Positions 15,455-28,574 of a stretch of DNA of 64,000 nt are shown piece by piece; the first letter of the stretch is position 1, and every line of letters begins with the position of its first letter. The stretch comes from Raja brachyura (lineage: Eukaryota). Under the pieces are notes generated by a model. The model was not told the origin of the DNA and searched no databases. It saw only the letters and a list, made by a program, of their open reading frames with translations. The DNA is taken from assembly GCA_963514005.1 (NCBI GenBank), contig OY740814.1, forward strand, positions 12,028,001 through 12,092,000. The letters run 5' to 3'. Made by a program: the position numbers and the translations under genes.

Positions 15455-15900
15455 CATGGTCATAAGTGATAGGAGTAGAATTAGGCCATTTAATTAGGCC
15501 TGTCTATTCCGCCATTCAATCATGACTAATCTACCTTCCCATCTTAACCCCATTCTCCTGCCTTCTCCCCATAACTTGTACTAATCAAGAATCTAACTAT
15601 CACTGCTGTCAAAATATCCAGACTAGGCCTCCACAGCCTTCTGTGGCAAAGAATTCCACAGATTTACCACCCTCTGACTGAAAAAATGTCTCTGCATCTC
15701 CTTCCTAAAAGAATGTCCATTAATTCTGAAGCTATAATCTCTAGTCCTAGACTCTCCCACTAGTGGAAACATCCACTCCACATCCATCTAGCCTTTCACT
15801 ACAGTGTATGTTTCAATGAGGCCCCCTTCATTTTTCTAAACTCCAGCGAGTACAGGCCCAGTGCCGACAAACACATATCATAGATTAACCAAATCATATC
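15455..15900 (-). mobile_element. CR1-like (HER1-type) LINE 3' fragment
   Basis: Same family 3' sequence as 46735-47277 (ccgccattcaatcatg, ttctgtggcaaagaattccacagatt). Confidence 0.8.
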
Positions 15901-17511
15901 TGAAAACCTACTCATTGTCCTATTAATGTAATCTCTTTCCTGCACTGAGCCAAGCATTCAACACTTGAATCTGTTTGACCCAAGTCTAACTTGCACATGG
16001 TTTATGTAGTTTAGTTTTTTGTATTTAGACCCCATGTTCTTCAGTGAATTCTATTATTTAGCCCTATCTCTCACAGTGATTTTTCCACAGCTGTGATAAC
16101 TGGATCCTCTACTTCCTCATTTACATTTTTTTCCTGATCCCAAATGATGTACTTAATCTCTACATTGGACGGTGAACAGATGATCAATCTGGGCTGCAGT
16201 GAACAATATATTTCCTTCAGTAGGCCATCACTGCTATGCCCCTTTTACTTGCCCAATAGAACCCAGAATCACATTGTGGTGGCCAGTTTGTTCATCTTTC
16301 CTGCAGTCCCAGTCTCCTCGACAAAGGCCGAAATAATTATGTACCGGGTGGGTAAATGCTAGGGGGTTAACGCTCCTTCAACGCAATCTTCAGGGTCCAT
16401 ACGTGTTGGACTCATGGTGACATCCTCCTAATTCTGACAAGTTCCAAAATCCAAGATCTCCTGAACCTTCAGTGGGCGATTGTCTCCTGGAGTAAAATTT
16501 CCAAGTGATCTATTTTTGCTCCGTTAATGCGTTATACGGTCTGCAATTCTGACTTGAGCTGAACAAATCTGAGCCAAATTTGTTCAAGATCCTGGCACTT
16601 AACTGTCAATGAGAAGCAAAGGATTTACTGTTCTTTATAACCATTCATATGTCATTGTTGCAACACATTATCTTATCTGGCATTCCTATCAAACCTTGCT
16701 ATATAATCTCATAGTTTAGGTATCAGTTTACAGCATAGATTTTTCATAACAAATGAGTTCATCTATTTTTTTCTACTTTTATCAACTTTTCATCTTTTGT
16801 GTGCTTTTAACACGATGCCCCATCTTTCAGTATGCATTGGCCAGCATTTAAATGCCTCCTGCCTGCAGCTAATGCAAAGCATTATTTTCTCTCCTTGCAT
16901 TCAAAATCCCAAGCTTGCCAAATTCCTCACTCTTGTTGAAACTGAAAAATGTGTGTGACCACACTCTTAATGGTCATTGTTACAGATAGTAGTTATTTTG
17001 TTTCACATTTATTTAATTACTTGAACTTAAATTCCTGGGATACTGTGTTGAGATTCAAAATTGTATCTCCAATAAATGGGTTTTGGCATCTGGACACTAA
17101 TCAGATGACCAGAGTATTACCATTTTCTAATGTTACCGCAATACCTGTGATATAAGACAATGCAGTGCTACCCCAAAGTTGTATAGAACATTGTCAATTT
17201 GAATGTTTCTTTTTCATTGCTACACGATCAGCAAAACTACTAATAGTGAATGCTTTTAGTGCACATGATTTTCTTTAGACGTTTTCAATAATTAACAGTG
17301 CTTTAATTTGGAAACTAGTTGTGAAGGAAGTAAAATATTTTTACTCTTGGTTGCATTGGTTGGATATATCTTTCTTATTCATCGTAACTTTACAAAAAAA
17401 ACATGGAAAATTGTTGACCATTTAATGTGTGCAAGGAGAACCATTGCCTCTTACTTTGAGTTGTTCACTCATTAAACTTAGTTCTTATGTAACTGTTATG
17501 GTGTTTTTCAG

Positions 17512-20500
17512 ATGCAAAGAAGCAGACAGATGATGACGTCACCAAGTCCATTGGGTCCATCAGAAAGCAAGGTCCTTCCTTTGAATGTTCAGGTTGTGGC
17601 TCAACATATGCAGTCAGTCAAACAGCAGCAGAAGACTATCCAGAATATCCCAGCAAGTCCACATAATGACCGCTCAAGGCCACGTTATCATCAAATCTTG
17701 CCTAAACCACCTTCATCCAACACACTTACTCTTTCCTCTCCAACTAGGGTTCTTTTGGCTAGTAGCAGTCCAATTAAAACTGTTGTTTCTGGAGCATCCC
17801 ATCCAAGCTCTTTGAATATGGTGAAGATGACTACAATATCTCGTCCAACCAGTACAGGTGCGTCTCCTAAACCTACATCATCAGCAAATAACAGTGGTGG
17901 AGTAACAGAGAAAGCAAAATCTACGCCAACTGTGAAAGTTGGCACAACTTCTCTTTCTGCCGCTGGATCCAGATCAAGTAGTGCCACAACTACACCTACT
18001 GCAGAGGTCATCAAATCCGAACAGGAAGCAATATCAAATGATGAAAAGCAGATTCAGTGCCAAGATCATTCAAGAAACCTGCAAGATCCCAGAAGAGTTT
18101 CTGGTTCTCCGTCCGGACAGAGAGGTAATGGTGAAGGTACCACAAAAGTGAAGACGCCAAATGGGAAAATATCCACTGAGAAGGCAGCTAAAATCTGTAA
18201 TGGTCAGAAAATGGAAGGAAAAAAGTCCAAAGGTGATGGCAAGTTTGTACACAATGAACATCTGGCCTTTTCAGTGTCTGGAAATAATCAAAATGCTCTT
18301 GTTGTTTCCTCTGCTTTAATGATGAACACCAGCATTAGTTCAAAATCCAATGCCGATACTGCCAGGTCTCATAAAGATAATGGGATGTGCCCAAAAAGCC
18401 CAAGGAAACGGTCTCCCTCAAATTCGTTGTCTGAGCCACTGGTGCCACCTGTGAAGAAAGCTCTGGTTTTGGAACCCATTTTCGATAGTGCAGAACATCA
18501 GATCAGTCCTGGAACTGCTGTAGTGACACCTTCGATGCTCTCTGCAGGTGTACTGGTAAAAAATGAGAAAACCCCAACATCTCAGGTTCATACACCTAGT
18601 AAAATTACTGTTAAACTAAATACAACAGGGATAACTCGTATATTAGCCAACCCTTCATCCGATATCCAAGTGGTCACCTTGGGGTGCGTTCAGACGGATA
18701 CAGAACAAATGTCTATCTTTCAGGAAAACAAGACGGCAGACTTGGAAAGGGGCTTATTTTCTGTGCAGGGACACAACACAAGTACAACGCTGTTTGCTGA
18801 TCATACTGATATCCAGCATATCAAAAGGAAACACCAATGTTTTTTTATGAATACAGAAAGGCAGGCAGCTGTAAATGCTAGTACAACAGGGAATTCAGGG
18901 ACCATTGATTTTCGAGAATCTGCATGGGAGCCAGCACAATGTAATGGGTTGGATCAGCAGCCTTATGATCAACAGTTGCATGTTCAAAATCCGATGCAAG
19001 TTTCTAATTCGGTTCAGCTGCAAGGACACCATCAAGTACAGTTGTCACACCCGTTACCCCTGCAGGATAATATGATGGATCTTACTGCTTCAAGTTCACA
19101 AACCAGTGAGAACTACTTTCAATTTGACGATGATCTTACACAGGACAGTATTGTAGAAGAGCTTGTGTTATTTGAAGAGCAAATGTCCTTGAATGTTGAT
19201 TATGAATCTGCGTTGGGAATACCTGCTGATGGTCATTCTGCAGGAAGTCAGAATACACTGTTATCATCTCATCAAATGGGGCAATTCTATCATCCCATCC
19301 ATAGCAGTGGCACTCCAACCCCAACACCAACACCAACTCCAACACCCAATCCAACACCTACATCAGAAATGATTGGCTCCCAAACATGTTCCAGTCCTAG
19401 CTCCAGAATGGCTCAATCCACACCTGTTGACAGTGCTCTCGGTAGTAGCAGACATACGCCAATTGGTACACCTCATTCAAACTGCAGTAGTAGTGTACCT
19501 CCGAGCCCTGTTGAGTGCCGGAACCCTTTTGCTTTTACTCCCATAAGCTCCAGCCTGGCCTACCAGGATGCTAGTGTAATTTCCAGTAGCCCTGTTAAAC
19601 CGATGCAACGGCCCATGGCTACTCATCCAGACAAAACAAAAATTGAATGGATGAATAATGGATACAACACTGGAATGAGCAATCCGGCAATGTTGACCAG
19701 TGGTGTTGGTATTCTTCCTAGTTACCAGAAACTCACAGAGGATCACTTTAGAAAACCACATGCCTTTGCAGTTCCTGGACAGACAATGCAGTCATATCAC
19801 CATAATACTGTGCAGTTACAGTCCAGACATCATGACGCTCAAATGGGCCGTGTTACTCCTGTTTCACCTATACCACACCAGGCAGCTTCAGTGGCTAATG
19901 GCAATAAGCAGGAGGGCTTTGCAGTGCCAGCGCCTCTTGACAACAAAGGAATACATTCACTGATCAATAATTTTAGATGTCGCAGTGTCAGTCCTGCTGT
20001 TCGTCAACGTAACCTTAGCGGAAGCACAGTTGGTCCAGTGATTAATCTGCCGAGAACAAGTTTGGCAACTTTTGGAAGCCCAGTGGCACCCGAGGTTCAC
20101 AACACATTTGTTAACAATATTTCTGATAATAGTGCCAACAGCATAGCTCAAAGAAGCCAATCTGTCCCTTTGTCCGTTATGATGCAGACTACTTTTCCAT
20201 CTTACCAGAAGCCAACTAACACGAAAAAGATAACAAATGTGTTGTTAAGTAAACTTGATTCTGAAGGTGATGATGCAGTGAGAGGCTTAGGAATAAACAA
20301 CTTGCCCTCCAATTATACAGCACGAATGAATCTTACTCAGATATTAGAGACAACATCTAATTTTGGTAGTGCCAACCAGCAACCAATGATTAATCCAGGC
20401 TCTTCTGTCTTTGAATTCCAGAAGCCCAGTTATGTAACAAAACACATCAATAATGATCAGATGGGTTATATTTCTGAGGATAATCAAGCACAAACAGAAG

Positions 20501-20847
20501 CCAGAGTGCAATCATTGGATTTCAACAGTACAGTCAAAGACTTTCTGGCTGAAGAGAGCCTACAGTCTAACCAGCAAGTGGTTGGTCAAGTATCATCAGA
20601 TCTAAATGTTGCCTCTGATTTCCCCAGTGATCTCAGGTTACCTACTGAGCTTTCAGGCAGCATAAACGATCTGAGCACTTTAGACACAAATTTGCTGTTT
20701 GACCCTAGTAAACAACAGGGGCACGATGTTGAAACTACACTGGAGGAACTAAATAATGATGCAGTATTCCAGCAAATCTGTAACGAGTCTTCAGGTTTTG
20801 ACTGGATGGAAAGTAAAGATCATCCTACAGTTGAAATGTTGGGTTAA
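17512..20847 (+). CDS. RFX7: RFX7 large terminal coding exon (1111 aa); the leading ATG is an internal Met, not the start codon
   Basis: Acceptor gtttttcag| directly before 17512. RFX7 motifs: RYHQILPKP, DDDLTQDSIVEELV, PT repeat, SRHTPIGTPHSNCSSSVPPSPVECRNPFAFTPI, C-terminal DWMESKDHPTVEMLG*. Confidence 0.97.
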   Translation: MQRSRQMMTSPSPLGPSESKVLPLNVQVVAQHMQSVKQQQKTIQNIPASPHNDRSRPRYHQILPKPPSSNTLTLSSPTRVLLASSSPIKTVVSGASHPSSLNMVKMTTISRPTSTGASPKPTSSANNSGGVTEKAKSTPTVKVGTTSLSAAGSRSSSATTTPTAEVIKSEQEAISNDEKQIQCQDHSRNLQDPRRVSGSPSGQRGNGEGTTKVKTPNGKISTEKAAKICNGQKMEGKKSKGDGKFVHNEHLAFSVSGNNQNALVVSSALMMNTSISSKSNADTARSHKDNGMCPKSPRKRSPSNSLSEPLVPPVKKALVLEPIFDSAEHQISPGTAVVTPSMLSAGVLVKNEKTPTSQVHTPSKITVKLNTTGITRILANPSSDIQVVTLGCVQTDTEQMSIFQENKTADLERGLFSVQGHNTSTTLFADHTDIQHIKRKHQCFFMNTERQAAVNASTTGNSGTIDFRESAWEPAQCNGLDQQPYDQQLHVQNPMQVSNSVQLQGHHQVQLSHPLPLQDNMMDLTASSSQTSENYFQFDDDLTQDSIVEELVLFEEQMSLNVDYESALGIPADGHSAGSQNTLLSSHQMGQFYHPIHSSGTPTPTPTPTPTPNPTPTSEMIGSQTCSSPSSRMAQSTPVDSALGSSRHTPIGTPHSNCSSSVPPSPVECRNPFAFTPISSSLAYQDASVISSSPVKPMQRPMATHPDKTKIEWMNNGYNTGMSNPAMLTSGVGILPSYQKLTEDHFRKPHAFAVPGQTMQSYHHNTVQLQSRHHDAQMGRVTPVSPIPHQAASVANGNKQEGFAVPAPLDNKGIHSLINNFRCRSVSPAVRQRNLSGSTVGPVINLPRTSLATFGSPVAPEVHNTFVNNISDNSANSIAQRSQSVPLSVMMQTTFPSYQKPTNTKKITNVLLSKLDSEGDDAVRGLGINNLPSNYTARMNLTQILETTSNFGSANQQPMINPGSSVFEFQKPSYVTKHINNDQMGYISEDNQAQTEARVQSLDFNSTVKDFLAEESLQSNQQVVGQVSSDLNVASDFPSDLRLPTELSGSINDLSTLDTNLLFDPSKQQGHDVETTLEELNNDAVFQQICNESSGFDWMESKDHPTVEMLG
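19313..19362 (+). repeat. RFX7: Coding Pro-Thr dipeptide repeat in RFX7
   Basis: TPTPTPTPTPTPNPTPT in the 1111-aa ORF; a similar tract exists in human RFX7. Confidence 0.85.
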
Positions 20848-21104
20848 ATCAAAGAGTACTGTTAAATATATAGCACACATTTCATTTTCTGATTCATAAT
20901 ATTTGGCCTAATAGATGTGCCTGCCTTCAGAAAAACATTTGTTCATAAACAAGTGTATTCCAGGAGAAAAAACATAACTGTTCTCCATACATAAGTTCTA
21001 TTAATTTTGTGTCCATAATTTTACTTTAGATGCCATCATCCTGTATCACTGTAAATACATCTGTGTGGATGTGTGTGTGCCATCCATTTATGGAATTGGG
21101 AGTG

Positions 21105-21924
21105 TACGAAAGAACTGCAGATGCTGGTTTAAATCGAAGGTAGACACACAATGCTGGAGTAACTCAGTGGGTGACTCGGCATCTCTGGAGAGAAGGAATG
21201 GGCGACGTTTTGGGTCGAGACCCTTCTTCAGACTGACGTCAGGCGAGGGGGCGGGACAAAGATAGAATCTAGGCGGAGACAGTAAGACCAGTGGGAGGAA
21301 GGGGAAGGAGGTGGAGAGAGAAAGCAAGGGCTATCTGAAGTTAGAGAAGTCAATGTTCATATCGTTGGGGTGTAAACTGCCCAAGCGAAATATGAGGTGC
21401 TGTCCCTCCAATTTGCGCTGGGCCTCACTCTGACAATGGAGGAGGCCCTGGACAGAAAGGTCAGATGTTCCAGGTGTCAACTTGTCTACATCGCCTAAAC
21501 CAAGCGATCATTTCACTGAACACCTCCGCTCAGTCCGCCTTAACCTACCTGATCCCCTGGTGGCTCAGCACTTCAACTCCCTCTCCCATTCCGAATCTGA
21601 CCTTTCTGCCCAGGGCCTCCTCCATTGTCAGAGTGAGGCCCAGCACAAATTGGAAGAATAGTGCCTCATATTGTATTGGGTAGTTTACACCCCAGCTGTA
21701 GGAACATTAACATCTCTAACTTCAGATAGCCCTTGCTTTCTTTCTTCAACCCCTTGCCTTTCCCCGTTCTCCCACTGGTCTTACTGTCTCCGTCTACATT
21801 CTATCTTTTTCCCGCCCCCTCCCCAGACATCAGTCTGAAGAAAGGTCTCGACCCAAAATGTCGCCCATTCCTTCTCTCCAGAGATGCTGCCTCACCCGCT
21901 GAGTTACTCCAGCATTTTGAGTCT
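21105..21924. mobile_element. Palindromic Penelope-like insertion (inverted arms ~21141-21467 / 21594-21924)
   Basis: The two arms are reverse complements over ~325 bp and cover the GIY-YIG end and terminal repeat. Confidence 0.88.
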
Positions 21925-24289
21925 AACAAAGGAATTAGGTGCATTTACAAGCTCGGCTGCTGTCAGTAGGTAGATTTTAGCCCAGCGTCTTTTAAGATGC
22001 AACTTCTGGTCTCAAAATGCTTCATTGTGACTTTTCTTAAACAAAATTTAACTATTAATACGATTTAATAAGTTCTATTGAATTTAACAAGCAACAATAT
22101 TTATATTGTTGTGTTTCAGCCATGTTTTCTTATTTTCTTTTGCTCTGTATTTCTTATTCGAAGCATATAGAGCATTATGTACGATACTAAAAAACCCTTA
22201 TAATGATATCAGCGGGAACAATGTAATGCAATCCTTATGATATTACTCAAAATGTTAATTTGCATTTCACCCAATGTTGGATGCCTGAAACTGTCCATAA
22301 AGGATAAAATAATACCATTGAGATACTACAACAGTAATGAAGCATTATATTGCCAACCATATACTCTTATTGTCTGCAGTGTGATGCTTGCCTTGTAACA
22401 AGGAGGAATTCAACAGTCTGAATTTGGCAAAGCAAACAAATTAGTATATGATGCTAGTTGCTTTCCCACTGGAGCTGCTGTCATACAACCAGACCGTGGT
22501 ATATTTCTCTGAGGTGCTGTAACAGCTATGTTAATCTACTTCAGACGATTAACAACAGTGTTAAGCAGCACATGCAAGAATTAAACGCAAATCAACTTGG
22601 ATGGAGCTTTAAATCCTTTGTATCCTTCTTAAAAGAGTATACACTGTTCAATAAAATCAGTTGCTAGCTCTTAATGGTAAAAACATTCATGGTGGTTTAT
22701 AAAAATTGTTCGTTACATGATTTACCTTTTTCTAGACTGGCTGAGAGGATTCCCCAAATAAATTAAGTTCTATGAAAATATCATAAATGGCTCCATCCCA
22801 GGCATGGCACTTGTCTCCTAACAAACACTTTTCTAGCTGTCCATAACTCAAGAAATGGGTGAAAAGAAAAGCTGCCCTCAAGGGAGTATTTTTAATTTGA
22901 TTCGTATATAGTCTAATAGGATTTGATTTTTAATCGGGCCATGGTAAAACTTAGTTGCCTTTTTATATATTCCCTTGCATATGGAGCCGCATTTTAAAGA
23001 CTACATACCTTCCTATGCTGCTTAATGGTTAAATGGTTAAATTCTATTCTGTCTTGGCTATTCTCAAGGCTGATATCCTTCGATAGTCTTTTACAACTTA
23101 TCATCAAAACTGAGAAGTGAGATGAGACTTTTGAGTTACCCATGTGATTGAGCAAAAACAATCCAGGGAGAAAGGTTGGCCTGTTTTATAAAAAATGTAT
23201 GCAATTCCATGAAGAACTTGGAAATGTGCTGTCTGAAAAGTGGTCCGAATTTTAGAAGCAACACAAGGATAAAAACATGCAATTAAGAAAACATTTTAAA
23301 GTGTGAAAATTGCTCTTTTCGTGAGCAGGCACAATGGGCCGAATGGTCTCAGCTGATGTAAAATGTAATGTTTTTATCATGTGCGAATTAAATTAATTTC
23401 AGCAACCCTAAACCAGTAATTCAAAACATTTGATTGTCAATTATCTCTGACCTGTTAGAAAACTGAGCATTTTTCAGTATTCTCCTTTCCAACAAAACTG
23501 AAAACTACATTTGCAGCACAATTAAAATAACTTGTTGAGTTATGTGAATCCAACATTTGTTTAATTTTTATAGTTCAATGCCACATCATAAATTTAGTTC
23601 ACTCGTACATAATTTTAGAAATCTTTGACCACAAGAGGGTGCTCCATTTTGTTGCATTTATTTTTCAAGTTTGTATTCCAACTGAAGCCTTCTAAGATAG
23701 TTATCCCATTGAATTAGAAATGTCGTCATATTTCCAAAATCTGTAATGACAAATATAGCATAAACTGAATTTTCTCCTTGTATATAGTTTGATTGTTCAG
23801 ACTAATCATAATGATTATGGTTTGACACTTGATAATGTCCAATCCCTCTCTGGAATTTATTTGTTTCTCTCATTGCTTAATTTTGCTATCATGAAATTTT
23901 GTCCATTGATTTCCATAATTTTTTTAATAAGGGGATTGTCTGAAGATGTACATGCTACACTCTTCATTTAGATTAACCCTTCTCAAACACATCAATATTT
24001 ATTTCAGTTGCAGTTAAATTACTGATCATGAAGCGAACACACATCCGGTGGATTTTAAAACTCAATTTTAAAAGCTGACCATCTCATTTACAGGAATAGA
24101 TGTACAGTATTGTAGTCGAGGTGTAGACTTATTCCACATTCTCATTGCCTTTTGTGACACTGAAGACATGATTGGATAAAAAACATATTTCAAGAACAAA
24201 TTAATTTCCTAAGTTCTTTCTTGATCTCTGTATTTGGTTAAAATCTTGAATTAACAAGATATCCCTTTAACCAGTTGTAGGTAGTGCAA

Positions 24290-24600
24290 ATAGTTACGTT
24301 ACTGGGCGAGCTGTCAAGAGTTTCTAACCATTGATCCAGAAAGTTCGAATCTCACCACAGCAGCTGGGAACTTTAATTTCAGATTCATTTTATTAATTGA
24401 ATTACAATTGGAATACTTAGCTGGATTGTCATTGGACACTTGCTTTGTTCACTAAGGTCCATTCATGAACATTGCCACCCTTACCTTGTCTCAGCTACCT
24501 ATGACTCCTGATGCATCAACGCGATTGATTCTTATTTGCCTCCTCAGGACCAATTAGAGATAGTAATAAATACAGCCAATTCCAGTAGCATTTAGTTTGT
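24290..24600 (+). mobile_element. Old Deu-domain SINE (SacSINE1/AmnSINE1-like)
   Basis: B-box-like gttcgaatc, then gttcactaaggtcc...gccacccttaccttgtct...tgactcc...gattgattctta, resembling the Deu domain as I recall it. Confidence 0.55.
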
Positions 24601-25159
24601 GAATAATTTGAAGTTAGCGATTAAAGTTATCTATCCCATGAACAAATAGAAAAAAGTTTAGAAAAAATGAAAACTTAAAAAAATTAAATTATTTGTCTTC
24701 TATTACCATGTAACGTCTTTGCCTCCTCCATATCCAAATTATCTTCTCCAAAAAAAAATCTACGCATCACATTTGCTTGCTTTCTCTATCAAAAATAAAG
24801 CTGAAAACTGTACCTGGTTTTAGATCTAGTCTAGTTCTCAAGAGCACATACAGAATTTGAAATAGCTTGCATTTAACCATGACATTTTTTGCTAGCTTAT
24901 TTCTGAATGGTGAGGACTAAAATGTTTTGCCACTGTCAATTTGTCTATAAAATAATGGATAGAAGCAAAAAGGCCCACTAGTCTCGACACATGTGGACAC
25001 TGCTATTCTCAATGGATCAGTATATATTCCTTGCATTGCATTTTGTTATTGACAGTTATAATTCCATCTGCACTGCTTGATGTTCTTAGTTGGTAAACAT
25101 TTGAATGTTTTTAAATATATATAAATATTTTATACCTTTAATTAGATTAGTCATGGATT

Positions 25160-25530
25160 CATACAGCACAAAACAGTCCATTTAGCTCAAAGGTTCCATG
25201 CCGCCAAGATGCCCGTCTGAGCTAGTCCCTTTGTTCTATTTTGACCCATATCGATCTAAACCTTTCCTATCTATGTATATGTTCAAATATCTCCTAAACG
25301 TGTCATTGAAACTTCCTCTGGCGACTCATTCCATATATCCACCACTCTGTGGGTGAGAAAGTTGTCACTAGGGTTTCTATTAAATCTTATCCATCTCACC
25401 TTAATCCTATGTCCTCTGTTTTTTACTCTGGGTAAAGGACTCCATGCATTCACCCTGTCTTTAACCCTCATGATCTTGTATATCCTTATAAGATTGTCCC
25501 ACAGTCCCCTATGCTCTAAGGAATAAAGTG
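25160..25530 (-). mobile_element. CR1-like LINE 3' fragment
   Basis: Remnant RGHRIKVR..RFNRN..NFLTHRVVDIWN..PEEV. Confidence 0.8.
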
Positions 25531-27750
25531 CTGAGTTTGGAGTGTTTTATCCTTATCCTTAACTTCCTGATACCTGTCTGCCAGGTGGACAGTCAACCTA
25601 TGGGCATCAATTGTGCAGAACATTAGACATTATGTTGCTCAATAAGTTATTTTAACTTGGTCAATGAATTTGCCTTGACGGTCAAAGAAAAGTTTCCCAG
25701 AATGCATCAAATATACCCAATGATGTCACGATACTATGAGTTAAATTTCATCACTGTAGACTGATTCATTTGTTAAAGCTATGCTATTAACATATACTTT
25801 ATCCTTATGATACTACTTCTACATTTAAGTGATTGCAGATTTAGCGGTTCATGCTCTAACTGAAACAATTGACTGAAAGGCCAAGCACATCTTTAAACTT
25901 TAAATTTGTAAAGCATTTTTAAACATATATTTGCCAATTAACCAAAATCTACAGTCTCTGTTTTCACCAGTCTCTGCAAAGGAAGGTCTTGCTAAATTTA
26001 TTTTGATGTGAAGATATATGATCAATAGGTATTAACCAAGGGCAGAGCTGTTACGTTACATATAATTTCTGTAATGTTTTAAAAGTCAACCCATATGATT
26101 ATCGGGCTTGGAAAATGATGAGCTGAGTAAATGGTTGAATGGAGGTTGATGCGATGTACCAGTGATTTATTTTAAATCTGTCCAGTTTAAGAGTTTTCTG
26201 GAAAACTCTACAAGTGGGCTATATATGTGTGCTTTTATGTATGGGGAATTGAAAAGCTCTTGAAAACTTTGGACATTTTTAATTCATATTTGTGTTTCCT
26301 TATTTTTAAGTCTGCTTTTTAATATATGCACTTACAAAGAGGTTATCACTTTGGCAATCTCTGAGGTTTGATATTTTGATTAGTTATTTTAATATTGACA
26401 TATTAGCTATCACATTGTTGTTGACATTCTGGTCCACTGGACCCGAACTGCTCAGCAGAGCACAAATAAACTAACTTTATCTAGCTGAAACAGCGCTGAG
26501 CGTAACATTGCATAGTTTTCAGCAAGAGGTTCTTACATAGGTTTGCACCTTAAGTATATTTGGAGATGCTTTTAATCTAAGTATATCCTCAGTTCTGAGT
26601 TCAGTGGATATATTTTGATCATATTTTGCACTAGATGTCTAAAGGGAGTTTCTGGCCTGGCACATCTCTTAGGACAAATGTTAATCGTTACACAAACTAA
26701 GTTGTCATTTGAATTGATTTTAGAAGGTGAGACCATACATAAGATGAAATGTCATTGCAAAATGACATTTTGAGTGTTTTATGTAGCAGTGTACATTGAT
26801 CTCAATGAGATAATTGTTTTTCTTAATTCTCTTGTATGAGAATATTAAAACGATGAAAATTTAACGTTCAGTTTTTCTTCACCATGTTAATAAATGATCA
26901 CAAGTGTGCATGTGTGTTGTTGAATTATATTGTACAGTGCTAGTTATATTCCAGTAACCTCTTTTTGCTGAAATAAATGGTTCTTTAAGGGTCAGGGATG
27001 CTCAATTAGACACATTACAAGTTATGTACCTTTTCTGAAGTTTACTAATTCACCTTGGAAACGTTGAATATGTTATCACTTTTGTTCAATTGATTTGGGG
27101 AATTAGTGTTTGGTAAACTATTGTGGAAGAAGGTGCTACAGTAATTTGCTATACATATATTTTTGCAAAATAAATTGCCATTAATGTGAGCTGATTGAAA
27201 ATGATTTGGTTTCAGCAATTATAACTAATACACATCAAGAGAAACTACAAGCAGTGAACCCCAACTACTTACTACATCACAAGGTAATGCTGGCCTGTAC
27301 CAGAAATTTTATTTAGTGTAGATTTTTTTTAAATGGTATTTGTGTATTGTACTGCTGAAAAACAAAATCAGTAGTGCAGTAATGTTGGAATAGCATTTCA
27401 GTTTAGCTTTTTTTTTTCTTATTGATGAAAGTGCTCACAGATATTGTTGAAGTTTTGTAAATGGTTTAAAAAACCAATAAAAAAAATTTTTGTACCACAT
27501 TCCAATCTGGAAAGCGTGTTCTCATGTGCCTCCTGCTCTGGCAGGCAACCAGCCAGCAATCATTACCCTCATGGGTAAGTCCAGATGAAACATGACATGG
27601 ATTTGGATGTGTACTTGATCACCAAGTGCCTTGGATAATTACAATAAGAAGCCTGTTCAACATGGAAGACAATAAATTGCTATACTTAAAAAAAAATATA
27701 TATTTTTTTAAAAAGAACCGGTCCAGAACTACCATTCCAATCACGAAATT

Positions 27751-28013
27751 TAGTTTAGAAATACAGCATGGAAACAGACCCTTCAGCCCACAGAGTTGAT
27801 GCCTACCAGCGATCCCCAAACACTAGTTCCATCCTACAGACTAGTGACAAAGTCCTGAAGCCAATCAACCTACACACCTGCTGTCTTTGGAATGTGGGAG
27901 GAAACGGGAGCACCCAGAGAAAACCCACGCAGTCACAGGGAGGATGTGTAGTCAGAATCAAGCCCGGGTCTCTAGCGCTGTCTGTGGCAGTAACTCTACC
28001 ACTGTACCGCCAC
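27751..28013 (-). mobile_element. HE1-like tRNA-derived V-SINE
   Basis: Minus strand: A-box-like cagtggtagagtt, B-box-like ccgggcttgattc, V-domain gcgtgggttttctctgggtgctccc, CR1-like tail. Confidence 0.8.
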
Positions 28014-28049
28014 TTGTTTAAGACCAGTCCCATGGAATCCAGAATGATT

Positions 28050-28495
28050 CAGCCAATTGGATATAAAATTGGCTCGGAGGAAATAATCAGAGCATAGCAG
28101 TGGAGGGTTGTTTTACCTATTGGAGGCCTGTCACTAGTGATGTGCCATAGGGACTGGTGCAGGATTTGGATGACAATGGTTTAAGTTTTCAGGTGACACC
28201 AAAAGTTTGTGGTTATAGTGGACAGTGAAGAGGGTTTTCTAAGATTACAATAGGGTCTAGATAACGGGTAGTGAGTCAACGAATGGTGGATGGAATGTAA
28301 CTTGGATAAATGTGAGATGTTGTACTTTGGTAAATTAAACAAGGGCAGGACTTGCTCAGACAATTAGATATATACATCGATAGGAAATGTTTTGAGGGAT
28401 ATGTGCCAAATGTAGGCAGATGGAATAGCTCAGCTAAACAACTTGGTTGGCATGGACGTGGTGAACCAAAGGGCCTGTTTCTATGGCTCTATAAT
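28050..28495 (+). mobile_element. Degenerate CR1-like LINE fragments
   Basis: RT-region remnants (tggaggcctgtcactagtgatgtgcca, ggtgacaccaaaagtttgtggt) and tail ccaaagggcctgtttc. Confidence 0.7.
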
Positions 28496-28520
28496 AACAA
28501 GACACGTCAATGTTGTGCGC

Positions 28521-28574
28521 GGGGTGGAAGATTGCAACCTTCACGTGGTCCGCCCTGTTTCGACTAATGCAATC
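28521..28574 (+). ncRNA. Minimal HDV/CPEB3-like self-cleaving ribozyme (54 nt)
   Basis: P1 GGGGTGG/CCGCCCT with G1-U wobble; J1/2 AA; P2 GATTGCA/TGCAATC; P3 ACC/GGT; L3 TTCACGT; GT; vestigial P4 TTCGA; J4/2 CTAA with predicted catalytic C at 28564. Confidence 0.88.

Larger units (their letters stand above)
20848..27500 (+). other. RFX7: Probable long RFX7 3' UTR; candidate poly(A) signals AATAAA at 22650-22655 and 27476-27481
   Basis: AT-rich, relatively TE-poor sequence after the stop; dense TEs resume after ~27750. The end is inferred, not demonstrable; other AATAAA hexamers occur in between. Confidence 0.45.

Noticed and set aside
17512-20847. 1111-aa ORF as a stand-alone single-exon gene
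   Set aside because: It is preceded directly by a splice acceptor and is in frame with upstream RFX7 exons.
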